Source: Lingula anatina (lineage: Eukaryota; Animalia; Brachiopoda). From it: a DNA stretch of 64,000 nucleotides. The stretch's first letter is position 1, and every line of letters starts with the position of its first letter. The position numbers and the translations under genes are program-made. Below are positions 50,919-61,649 of the stretch, piece by piece. Location of the stretch: contig CM120642.1 of the NCBI GenBank assembly GCA_051362555.1, positions 1,488,001 through 1,552,000 of the forward strand. The letters are read 5' to 3'. The notes beneath the pieces were generated by a model. The model searched no databases and was not told the DNA's origin. It worked only from the letters and a program-made list of their open reading frames with translations.

Positions 50919-53075
50919 TCAAAGATTATGCAAACTGTACACCCTGACCTCATGGAGCTGAGTCAAGGTGACAAACTGAGTAACAAATAACAACTTGTTG
51001 TTTTCATCCACAGCCAACCCCATTGGTTTCTCAATACCATCAGCAATGGTCAAAAGGTGGCGCTGAAATAGGCCATCTTTGCCAAACATGGAGATGCGAT
51101 TGTTGCCATAGTCTGCAACAAGGATGTTCTCTTTGTAGAGACAGACCCCGTAAGGATGGTTCAACTGACCTGGTCCACTGCCATGTGACCCTATGGTGGA
51201 CTCAAACTCTACTCCAATTATATCTGATCTTCTTTTTACAATGGTGCATTTCAGCACTTTTATGCAGTGATTTCCATGATCAGAGACATATATCAAATGC
51301 TGAGCAGTTTCTGTTGGTGATTCTGAATTGGGACATTCTGTGCACATAAACTCGGGATTTTTGAACTGATTGTTCTGGTCCCCATAACTACCTAGACCCC
51401 TGTGACTGTTAGGATAACCATCATCAAAATCATTATCATTATCATTATTATCATTATCATCATCATTATCATCATCGTCATTATCATTATCATCATCATC
51501 ATCATCATTATCATCATCATTATCATCATCATCATTATCATCATCAGCATTATCATTATCATCATCATTATCATTATCATAATCATTATCATCATCATCA
51601 TTATCATCATCATTATCATCATTATCATCATCATTATCATAATCATAATCATGCTCATAATCAACTGCTAAGAATGAAGATTTGCTGGACAATACAAACA
51701 TAAGATTGTCTCCCAAAGTGATTGCACTGGGCTCAAAAAAGATGTTTGATACTATTTCTTTAGACATCTTTGAGCTGCGGGGACTATAAGATGCATAAAT
51801 ATAGGCACGTTCTTGTTCATTGTATGAATCAGGTGGGATAGGATGTCTATCCTTTACCTTGTACAGCATTTTAAAAGAATCATCATAAAATACCTTACAC
51901 TGGGTCACTAGTTGGTATCTGCAGCCCTCATAGTAGATCTCAGAGAACACATTCTGAACATTGCCTGAATAATCAAAGAAAAACACACTGCCAGCCTCAG
52001 AGGTATCTGTGACAGCAAAATAACCGTCAGATGTGCCAGGGCTGACACTGGAGGGGCCATTCAGGGGGGAACCAATACTTATAACCCTGGTGAACTTAAG
52101 TTTGGGTTTCATGATGTTACTACCCTGTTTGGTTGTGCTGTTATCAAAAGAAAGATGAGAAGAAGCTGACATGATGTTCTGAGAACCAGCCAGATTTTCA
52201 GTAGTTGCCACCCCAGACTCAAACACCTTGATACCCTCAGCTAAGCTATCAGAGATTGACCTTAAATCACTCAGTGATGGACAGCTGGAGAGGAGCTTTT
52301 GACACGCAAGATCTATTTTCAAATAGCTCCCTCGTCTTGCACGAAGATGGTCCCGAGCCGTGTTAATGGCTTTCAGTTTCTCTTCAGCACTTTTTGACTG
52401 GGCATCATGGACTCTGATCTTGTCTTGAAGTTCCTCTGCCCCCTGGTGGTATTTCTGTTGTAGCTGTTGCAGCCATGTTTTTTCTTTGTCAGCGACGACT
52501 TTGGCATCGGTGACTTCGCAGGATTTGTGTGACGTCATCAGGCAGACCATACAGATATAGATGGCGCACGTTGTGCAGTAGTATTTTAATGCCTGTTCAT
52601 CATGTAGGGAGCAACTTCCATGGTTCCTGCTTAGAGTACAAAGCTGATGAGAAGCAGTGATTTTCACACGACCGTGTTCCTGTTTGCAAATGGAGCAAAG
52701 AAATTCACTGCAGGTCATGCATTGATAGTCGGCTGGTGCTGACTTTTTTAAGACAGAGCAAATGAAGCACAACTTCACTTCTATAGCAGCAGCAGTTGTT
52801 TTCTCAACTTTAGCCTCCACCTCACTTAGCCAGGATTGTGTGGGAAAATCTTCCAGACTCCCCCCAGGGGCCTCAATACACATACCACAGCATGGGCAGC
52901 TGAACCTCTGGGGCTCGGTAGGGGGGTCTGTCAACTGAGTGTGGGACTGTAGACAATGTAGACAGAAGGAGTGGAGGCAGGGGAGAACCTTGGGTGTTTC
53001 TGGGTTGCAGAGACATATCTCACAGCGGGAAGGACTCGTGGTGGCGCCATCTTCTGATGGAATATTGCTTGCCAT
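50919..53075 (-). CDS. TRIM-NHL (TRIM2/3/71-like) E3 ligase, 718 aa, single coding exon, with an Asp/Asn-rich insertion
   Basis: RING (CEIC...LPCLHSFCLHC...CPCC), B-box1 (CFIC...CMTCSEFLCSIC..EH), B-box2 (CSLH...YYCTTCAIYICMVC..SH), a coiled coil, and NHL repeats (IYVSDHGNHCI, GSGPGQLNHPYGV, VADYGNNRISMF, PMGLAVD). An acceptor ttatcag lies 4 nt before the ATG, and a candidate upstream non-coding exon has its donor near 56142. Confidence 0.92.
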   Translation of the reverse strand: MASNIPSEDGATTSPSRCEICLCNPETPKVLPCLHSFCLHCLQSHTQLTDPPTEPQRFSCPCCGMCIEAPGGSLEDFPTQSWLSEVEAKVEKTTAAAIEVKLCFICSVLKKSAPADYQCMTCSEFLCSICKQEHGRVKITASHQLCTLSRNHGSCSLHDEQALKYYCTTCAIYICMVCLMTSHKSCEVTDAKVVADKEKTWLQQLQQKYHQGAEELQDKIRVHDAQSKSAEEKLKAINTARDHLRARRGSYLKIDLACQKLLSSCPSLSDLRSISDSLAEGIKVFESGVATTENLAGSQNIMSASSHLSFDNSTTKQGSNIMKPKLKFTRVISIGSPLNGPSSVSPGTSDGYFAVTDTSEAGSVFFFDYSGNVQNVFSEIYYEGCRYQLVTQCKVFYDDSFKMLYKVKDRHPIPPDSYNEQERAYIYASYSPRSSKMSKEIVSNIFFEPSAITLGDNLMFVLSSKSSFLAVDYEHDYDYDNDDDNDDNDDDNDDDDNDYDNDNDDDNDNADDDNDDDDNDDDNDDDDDDNDNDDDDNDDDNDNNDNDNDFDDGYPNSHRGLGSYGDQNNQFKNPEFMCTECPNSESPTETAQHLIYVSDHGNHCIKVLKCTIVKRRSDIIGVEFESTIGSHGSGPGQLNHPYGVCLYKENILVADYGNNRISMFGKDGLFQRHLLTIADGIEKPMGLAVDENNKLLFVTQFVTLTQLHEVRVYSLHNL
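51421..51660 (-). repeat. Coding (GAT/AAT)n microsatellite encoding ~80 Asp/Asn residues
   Basis: The (atc/att)n tract on + is in frame within the TRIM ORF. Confidence 0.95.
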
Positions 53076-53333
53076 TGTGCTGATAATAAAGTGTTAATTA
53101 AGTTTTGATTAAGTATGAATTCTATTGTTGATAGCAATTGAGTATCTATGATAAAGTGAAAAGAATCAAATTAAGAGTTATGGCTGTACATATATAACAA
53201 AGCAAGAAAACTGAGAAAAGTGTCTGTGTTGACAGAAAGTTTGGTAAAGATGGTTTTATTTTCCACAGGTTAAGTGGTTTGTTTTATTGTTGTAAAGTTA
53301 ATTACTTACATTTACACTAATTACAATTAGTAA

Positions 53334-55037
53334 CTAGCGGATCAGAGGCAATACCGCCTCTGGATATTGTACCACCAGCTGGAGTAAGCTCATTTGTATG
53401 GAAAACCAAAAAATAAAAAAGGGACACCACTACCAGTCTTGTGCTTGACAAGCTCCATAAAATGCAATAAACAAGAATTCTCAAAATATCAAAAAAAAAA
53501 AAAAAAACCTGTAAAAAGTGGTCCTACCAATTTTCGAATTGACCTGTATTTTCCTCACATTGATCACTCCTGTAATTTTTTAGACAATAGGCCTATTAGT
53601 TTTCCTCGAAATGTATTATCAGTGTTGCATATTTGCTGATGAAAAAGAAAACCAAGGGGCAACACTGGGCTGATCTCTGCTAGTTTTGAAGATATGAGGG
53701 GCAAGAAAATATGGAAAGTTTAGTTCATGGTGAAAAAGAAGGTCAAAGGTCAATTTCAAGGTCACAGTATAAGACGGCACAGTATAAGCTACGGGAATAC
53801 CAAACTGCAGGACAATCTCCCTGATGCAACAACAGAACTCACTCTCTGGTCCCATGCTAATAAACTAACAATAAATACTACCAAGACCAAAGAGATCATA
53901 TTTGATTTCTCCAAAAAAGGACACAAAACTACACCCTTACTAGTAGATAATCAAAGGATTGAGAGAGTGGGGTCTGCTGTCTTTTTAGGGGTTAGGATCA
54001 GTAGTGATTTGAGCTGGGAAGGTCACATCTGTGATATTTGTAAAAAAGCAAGTAAAAGGCTACACAATCTTAAGCTTCTGAAAAGAGCGGGTATTCCAAC
54101 CAATGAACTTGTAAGCTTTTATACATCAGTAATCAGACCTACATTAGAATATGCATGTCAGGTGTGGCACCCAGGTCTTACACAACAACAAATTGAATCC
54201 ATCCAGATTAGAGCATGTAAGATTATATTCCCAGAGCTGTCCTATGATGGGGCACTTGAAACATGTAAACTTATCACTCATGCTTGTAGAAGAGATGAAC
54301 TATCTAAAACATTATTGCATAACATGTACTCTGAAGGACACAAAATCCATCATTTGCTACCAGATAATATTATGTTTTTACCTGATATTATGTTTTTTTT
54401 TCTGCAACATGAACTTCACTTCTTATGTATGAATGATAAATGTTTCTTATATATGATGTAGGATATTTCTGAAGAGGAAATCATTTCTGAAGTATAAAAA
54501 TACCTCCTGATATGTGTATAGATATGATTTTTGGCATTGAAATCATATTTCTGAATACTATTTATTGGTTCTGGGCTGTGATAAACATGTTCTGCAATTA
54601 TTTCCCCTTTGGCTTGCCATAAGTTTGACCTTGAAATAAAGGCCAAAAGTCAAATCCAAGGGCATATTTGGAATCTTCACATATGACTTTCGGTCAGACT
54701 TCTGTGGTAATTTTTCCCATAATTCCTTCGATTTGGGAGATATTTGGCATTGAATTTTCAAAAATTTTGACAAGGGTGTGTTTCAACGAGCGTCATGCCC
54801 AGGCCAATGCACTGACTGAGACAAAAATAAAAGGGGTTTCAAGTTGAGATTATATGTGACCTAAATCCAAGAGATGGGGACATGGGTCCTTGCAGTCTAG
54901 GAGGAGAAACGGTAACGGTGACTTGTATCCAGCGCCAGTACGCGAAGCCGGCGGAGTTGCAGAAGCCGGTGGAGCCGTACGAGACGGGTCAGGATTAAAA
55001 CCATGAGTACTGCCAGCGTACAAGCTGGTGGTACTAA
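53334..55037 (-). mobile_element. Helentron-associated non-autonomous element (HINE/DINE-like)
   Basis: On the minus strand it begins TTAGTACCACCAGC with a nearby inverted copy. It ends GCTGGTGGTAC + hairpin CAGAGGC-ggtatt-GCCTCTG + CTAG(TT), and is inserted at TT/AA. The empty site is visible in the inverted paralogous arm at ~58790. Internal tgacctt-type motifs are present. A degenerate copy of the same end lies at ~16134-16190. Confidence 0.75.
53785..54365 (+). mobile_element. Non-LTR retrotransposon (CR1/L2-group) RT C-terminal fragment inside the HINE-like element
   Basis: WSHANKLTINTTKTKEIIFDF, FLGVRISSDLSWEGHI..ICKKASKRLH.LKLLKR, FYTSVIRPTLEYACQVWHPGL and IESIQIRACKII. Confidence 0.85.
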
Positions 55038-55861
55038 TAAAAGGGAAATCAAATAGATGAAAAGTTAGAGTGATATTGAGTGTAAATTAAGTTTCATCAA
55101 GAGTCAATAAGTGTAGAACTTGTTTTTAATGTCAGAAAAAGATAAAAAGGGTAAAAGTCAATAACATTTAATGTGACTGGTTAATTTCATAACAGATTTT
55201 AGTTTTGATCAACTGTTTATTACATGATAACTAAGTTTTGGACATGATTCAAGTATGAGTAATGCAAATAGTATATTTTGATAAGTTTAGTTGAAAACAA
55301 GGCTCTAATTAGACATTGCCTAATAAGGGAAATGTCCTATGGTAAAGTAAACATGACAATGGAAAGTTTCTGGAAATCATGCCTTTAACAATAAAAAGAT
55401 ATAATTACACGCGTGATCAGTACAGAGAATTAGAGTATAAATATGGGTAAAATTGTATGAAAAGTGAGTGGTGAGTAAATGATTGAAGACTCCAGAACTT
55501 CGTCGTCGTTATAATATTATTCACTACATTCTCTATCTGCATGGTTGTTTACAAATAAAATACATTTTCCCAGTATTGTGAACTTTCAATAAAATAAAGT
55601 TAAATTTTATCAACTTAAAAATAGCAATTGATTATTAAATCTTTATTTTCTGGTAGAATTTGATATTTATAACTTATAAGACAAGATGGATGAAGGGGGA
55701 GTGGCAAAAATGGCCGCCATATTGGAGATTTTATCTGCATTAATCTTCTTTCACAGTGTACACGACAACATAAACAGCTGTGAAACTGCCAACATAACAA
55801 GACTCATTAATTTTTTTGTATAAAGAAATTGAAATTTCCCACTTTTTTACATTGGTTTAAT

Positions 55862-55953
55862 GGGGCCGTAGCGATAGTCCGAAGGTTCATTGGTCCGAAT
55901 GTTCACTATAGAACCTTCGGACCAATGAACCTTCGGACTATCGAGACGCCCCC
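55862..55953 (+). mobile_element. Short non-autonomous element, copy 3 (92 bp), with a perfect 8-bp TSD
   Basis: ggtttaat|ggggccgtagcgatag...ctatcgagacgccccc|ggtttaat. Confidence 0.85.
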
Positions 55954-56305
55954 GGTTTAATTATGCATGAAACTGTATGGTTATCATGTTTTTCTAAGAC
56001 ACGTCATACCGATGCCTACTAACCAGTACCAGCCATTAGACGTCTATTTGAGGTTAAAACTTTTCATCCCCCTTCTTCACTTCTCTCCCACTTATTAAAT
56101 TCTAAATTTTTATGAGGATAATTAGAGAAAGATGTTGACTTACCTTAATTAAATCCCGCGACCGTTAACTGTTATCGAACAGATTGCCCTGATGTAATGC
56201 AGGCACTGGTAGCAGTCTGTGCCAGTCTGTTCTTCTTTCACTTTGCCAAGTGGGAGTTCCAAGTATCAGTGTCCCGTGACAGGATTGGATTTTGATTGTT
56301 GACAT

Positions 56306-56538
56306 CATGGGTTTATTCCCAGAGATTTAGATCGATCCAGAGATTTAGATTTAGATCGACCTAACTACCTTGGGGTTCACGCTAAATTGCAGTCAGCCGA
56401 GCGCACACCATAGTTAATTACCCCCTTACAGCTTTCAGTAGGCGGGACAGACGATTAAGCCGGCTAAGCTGACAGTAATCAAGTGAGACTCCCCACAGGG
56501 ATAGATCGATCTAAAATCTATGGAAATGGGGTCCATGA
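56306..56538. mobile_element. Possible MITE with imperfect ~35-bp inverted ends
   Basis: tcatgggtttattcccagagatttagatcgatc versus gatcgatctaaaatctatggaaatggggtccatga. Confidence 0.45.
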
Positions 56539-59322
56539 GTGTTCTTTATCAGAATGTTAATTTTAGACTGATCTTGAACTGATACAGGTGTTCATTCTGT
56601 ATGTAGGTCGGGTCAACTACTATGTACATTGGGTAGTTCTGTGTCAGAGATATGACATTTTATACTTAAGAGGCACTCTTATATTAGCTTTTTTTGCGAT
56701 CTGCGCAGATTTCGCGCATGAGAAGTTTTTTTGCGATAGCGTCTAATGATAAAAATATAAAATGCAATAAAATATGTAATTCGTCCTTTTATGAAATCTG
56801 TGTTGTTATTTTGGTCAACAATGTGTTGCGTATCAATAAACGCTTGGTCTTTTACGACGTAAAGTACTTTCGACTTTCTTTACGAATGCCGCGATGAAAG
56901 AATTTTCGCGGAGAAGGGATGGAAAGGAGCGTTTAAGTAAGGCTTGTATAGCATTGACAAGGCTTGTATTATCCCATGGAAAATATTCACAAGGGCTGGC
57001 CAAGAAGTGCCTTGTGGTGATTTGTCACATGGTTACGATGTGTGCTTCAAGACATCGTCTTCTACTGAGCATTGATATCCGATCACTCAAGTAAAAATGA
57101 TTTGTATGCTGAAAACTTTTCTCTTTTCTTTCCCAATTAGTTAAAATCATTAGACTTATTGAACAACATGACCAGTAAACAGTGCGATTTTCAACTCTCC
57201 GTGCACCCATGTGACGTGAGACGTTCACGAGCGGACATTTGGTGTTGCGATGTAGATCTACACCATTCTTCTATTGGTTTTGTTTTCTCTACTTCTATGG
57301 TTTTGTTAAAGTGCAAATGGACAAAACCCATAAATCACTTAACAGAGGACCAAGGATTTTTGGTGGAAATACATGCTATACTTTTTTGATGCTTAGGAAA
57401 TAAACAGTATATTTTAGAAGATAAATCGTACTCTGTTCCACGTGACAACTTTATCCAAATTTACCCAATCATAAACAAGAGTAACGTTTTGTAGTTGCTT
57501 GCTAGATTTTAAGTGAATATAGATATAGCCTACGTAAGATGGACTCTCAACTTCGATCACTGCTTAATTATTTTCAGGTTAAAAAAGATTGCAAATATTT
57601 TGAAAAATATTTTTTAAAGCAATGCCTTTTTTTCACAATAAACATGGGAATTGCCAACCTTTTCCATGCAGTGCAATTATTACACACAGTAGGCCTACAA
57701 TTATTTATTTTACTGTGTGCAATTATTACACACAGTACAATTATTAATTTTGAAATATTTTTCCATTCAGTACAATTATTTGGACAGTTAAGTTAATATT
57801 TGAAGATTTCTCCATACAGTACAATAATTTAGAAGCACCAAGTGTTTTTTCAGTGTTTTTAATCATATAGAAATATTGAAATATAATAAATTATCACTAA
57901 ATAATTCACGGCACACATTTTTAAAAATGGCCCGGCCAGATTTTGACCAAGGCAGATTCATGTTATCTGATTTTTTTATTTCATCCCAGTCAATTGAATA
58001 AATTCTGTGTTCAACCTCTAGCAAATTCTTAGAATGCCTCCTTTCTTAAAAAACAATTTCTCCATGTCTAGGCAAAAACATTAACATTAACATTTCAGCA
58101 TTTAGATATTTTGTTTCAAAGAGAAGGTGTAGTTGGTCTTTATTTTCCTCTAAGTGAAATTAATCCAAACACACACACACACCATGCAGTAACAAAATGT
58201 ATGAAAGTATTAAGAAAATTGTAGGATTTAGATGTCCTTAGATGAATATCTTGTAACTTGGTTTCCAATGCACGTTTGTCAACATCCACACAAGAAATAC
58301 CACATGCAACTTACCAGTAGTAAGACACTGATACATTGTTAATATTATTATAACGACGCTGGAGTTCTCAATCATTTATTCACCACTTAATTTTCATACA
58401 ATTTTACCCATATTTATACTCTAATTTTCCGTACTGATCACGCGTGTAATTATGTTCTTTTTATTGTTTATGGCGTGATTTCCAGAAACTTTCCATTGTC
58501 ATGTTGACTTTACCATAGAACATTCCCTTATTAGGTAATGTCTAAGAGCCTTGTTTTCAACTAAACTCATCCAAAATACTATTTGCATTACTCATACTTG
58601 AATCATGTCCAAAACTTAGTTATCATGTGATAAACAGTTGATCAAAATTAAAATCTGTTATGAAATTGACCAATCACATTAAATGTTATTGACTTGGACC
58701 TTTTCCATCTTCTTCTGACACTAAAAACATGTTCTACACTTGTTGACACTCAATATCACTCTAACTTTTCATCTATTTGATTTCCCTTTTATTACTAATT
58801 GTAATGAGTGTAAGGGTAAGTAATTAACTTTACAACAATATACAAAGTAAACATTTTATCCATTCAGTACTATTATTTGGATAAAAAAAGGAATAAGAAA
58901 ATAAAAGTCATAAGAGATTGGCCCAGCCTATGAAAAATCCAATATGTCGGCATTCCATGAGGCACACTGAAATCAAACTGATACTCTATACATTTAAATA
59001 TCTATTTCTTATGAATTTGATGTACAAACTTTGCAATTAAGCGAGAATGCCCTGCAGAGTTGGACCTATCCATAGAATTTTTCACCAGAAATTTGAATTT
59101 GAAAAAAAAAAAAAATATAGATATCACAGACATTTCACTATAAAACTTAATTCTTAGTTTTTATTCCTTGCCAGATATCTGTTCGAGAGCACACACAAAT
59201 AAAATGTCCCAAAGGCACCTAGGTCAGTTCTTCACTTGAATTAATATTACTGTTCAGCATTTCGTATCAAAAAGAGTATAGATATGAACGTTTCTATCGT
59301 TGCATAAGACTTTTTCTTTTAT

Positions 59323-59655
59323 TTATTTTTTAAATACTATCATGCAGTTATTACACAGGAAGTAAACACCAGATTCGGTCTCTGGGCAGTCGCAATAGTC
59401 CATCTTGTCACAGCAGGCGTATAATCTATCAGGACCGCACATATCCGCTATTACCTGGCAGTAATAACCCTCGGTGGTCTTGGGGCAATGTCGTATGTCG
59501 TACGAGAGCCTAGGGGGCCTGCAGCTGCACGGCTTATCTCTATCGTAATAGCAACAGTCATAGTTGTCTTCAATCATTTTGAACGCACACAGTATGTAAG
59601 GAGTGACAGAGGCCGAGACGTACACGCAGGCAAGGCCGATAATGAGTCGCAGCAT
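59323..59655 (-). CDS. Secreted cysteine-rich protein, 14-Cys family, copy 4 (110 aa, most divergent)
   Basis: Same 14-Cys framework with shorter loops. The true start is inferred at MLRLIIG (59655) because tttgcag|aaataaacatcATG mirrors the paralogues. Confidence 0.85.
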   Translation of the reverse strand: MLRLIIGLACVYVSASVTPYILCAFKMIEDNYDCCYYDRDKPCSCRPPRLSYDIRHCPKTTEGYYCQVIADMCGPDRLYACCDKMDYCDCPETESGVYFLCNNCMIVFKK

Positions 59656-60487
59656 GATGTTTATTTCTGCAAATGTTAAATATAACATAAACAATATGAT
59701 ACAGTATATATGTGCGCTGTATTTACCATTCTGTACCCCCTCCCCCCCCCCCCCCCAAAAAAAAAAGAAATAAATAAATACTTTGTTTTAAAATGATAAA
59801 TGTCAAGTCTTATCTACTTAGTCATCACGAAAGGGAGCACATTTTTCATGAAAATATTATTTGAATATAGCATGTTTGCATCAAACAATGTACATCGTTT
59901 AGTCTGGACGAAATAAAAAAAATTGACATAAATACTACGTTAGGCTACATCTCTTTAGTGGATCAATATTTAAAGGTAACTATAGATAAAGTGGGAAACA
60001 AACCGAAACCCGTTTTAGTGGAGTATTTAGCGAAAATATTTCTCTTTATGCCGGTCTACCTTTCATACTGTTCTCCCTTTTCTCTAAGACAGATTTCGTA
60101 TTGTTATTGAATTGTAAAGTGAAAAGAAACATACCTCTTAGCTGCTTTCTTCCCTTTTCAGGTATTAGATGCCTTTCTGCCTTTGCCTGCTTTACAATAG
60201 TGAGCGATGTCTTGATAAACTTCTGCTGGCACTTTTTGCGCAAAACCTATATATTGCATGCTTATGTTAATTAAAGACATTAATAAAAGACATTTAACGG
60301 CGCCCGGCACACCGCTAGGTGCACGTTGTCACTTCATGTGCATAAATGTTTTTTGGGGTTACTTTTTTCTGCTCCATTTCCATATATATGGTGTTTTTAT
60401 ACGAAACGCTAAGCATGAATTTTCTAAACTCTCGTGTACTCGAAGGCATTCAGTTCATTTAAAATAACAAGTATAATCGTGTAATGA

Positions 60488-60541
<54 letters not shown>

Positions 60542-60759
60542 GAAAATTGGTCTTAATGTTCATTGTGCACGGTGCACAGGGTGCAACTGTACACTACACT
60601 GCAACTTTAGAATTTTAATTTCTAGAGTAAATTTAGTATTTTCAATTTATGATGTCGTTTGGAGAAGGATAGGGTGAATATGCTTAAAAAAAGAACGTCA
60701 GTTAAAATCATGACGACTTAGTTAAACATTTTAAAATCCGTTCCAGACTTCCGATCTTT

Positions 60760-61360
60760 TTTTATTTTTATTTATTTTTTTTTATTCACGAAAATTAATA
60801 CAGGACATTTACAACAAAATAAGAGACAAATACACCTTCCACACACCATTCACACACTGCAAACAAAATTCTTACAAATGTTGATTAAAAATGCATGTAG
60901 AATTTTTTAAATAAAAGAATCTTAGTAGGCCTAGGCTACGACAAATGTTCTTTTCTATTCATATCAATACTTTTTCTATACTTTCCCATTTTTTTCTTAG
61001 ATTATCTGCCTTTTGAGGACCCAGTAGGCATAAAGATTGAAAATCTATTTTCTTTTCTTGCTTTTCCAAATACTTTTTGCAGGCATTCAAAGAGGCGTAA
61101 TTTTATTCTGTTTACATAGAGTTAAATATTTCTTTATATAAAGAAGTAGTAGATTAATACCTAAGAGAGGGCTGTCGTCCAGGATTCCAAACATAAATAG
61201 GCAAGGTTGTTGTTGTAATTCAACAGAGTACTGTGTACGTAGGTGCATATAATATGTTAGAACATGAGCGATGCACTTTCTGTAATGACCCAAAAGAAAC
61301 TTTATTGCATATTTTCTGGGATTGTACATATATGTTCAAGCTATTTGGACTTGTCTCATT
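60760..61360 (-). mobile_element. 5'-truncated non-LTR retrotransposon (L1/Tx1-like 3' end) with a 16-bp TSD
   Basis: cagacttccgatcttt is duplicated at 60744-60759 and 61361-61376. An A-rich tail reads as (tttta)n on +, and the remnant peptide is GINLLLLYIKKYLTLCKQNKITP. The empty site is seen in the paralogous region near 48483. Confidence 0.75.
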
Positions 61361-61649
61361 CAGACTTCCGATCTTTGGTCACTAATTATTTAAATGAAGC
61401 GCAACCAGACACGGAATCTGTTAGTCCGCGGATCAGCCTGTTCTGAATGCGCTGCTTTTTTTTTCCCTGTGACTACAGCTTTTTATCTGACATCGGTCAG
61501 ACAACAGTGTTTTCAACTAACCAACTGTAAGAATTTTTGTCAAAATTACCGCAACCTAGTACAGAATATCATTTATTTGACAATTACATCTTTACAATTT
61601 GACAGAACATCTTTATTACGCTGAAACGCCAATATATTCAAGTCTTAGT

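Larger units (their letters stand above)
55038..58840. repeat. ~500-bp inverted repeat: 53284-53333 + 55038-55520 versus 58341-58840
   Basis: taaaagggaaatcaaatagatgaaaagttagagtgatattgagtgt...cacgcgtgatcagtac...gtcgttataatatt matches the reverse complement of 58341-58840 with scattered differences. Confidence 0.88.

Noticed and set aside
51392-51671. Poly-Ile and poly-Met/Ile ORFs
   Set aside because: They are alternative frames of the GAT/AAT tract that is coding within the TRIM ORF.
53727-54461. 244-aa ORF as a host gene
   Set aside because: It is a LINE RT C-terminal fragment with ends running into flanking repeat sequence, and it lacks the catalytic YADD region.
59656-59694. N-terminal extension MFMLYLTFAEINI of Cys-rich copy 4
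   Set aside because: It crosses the conserved tttgcag acceptor, and the paralogues start at the MLR methionine.
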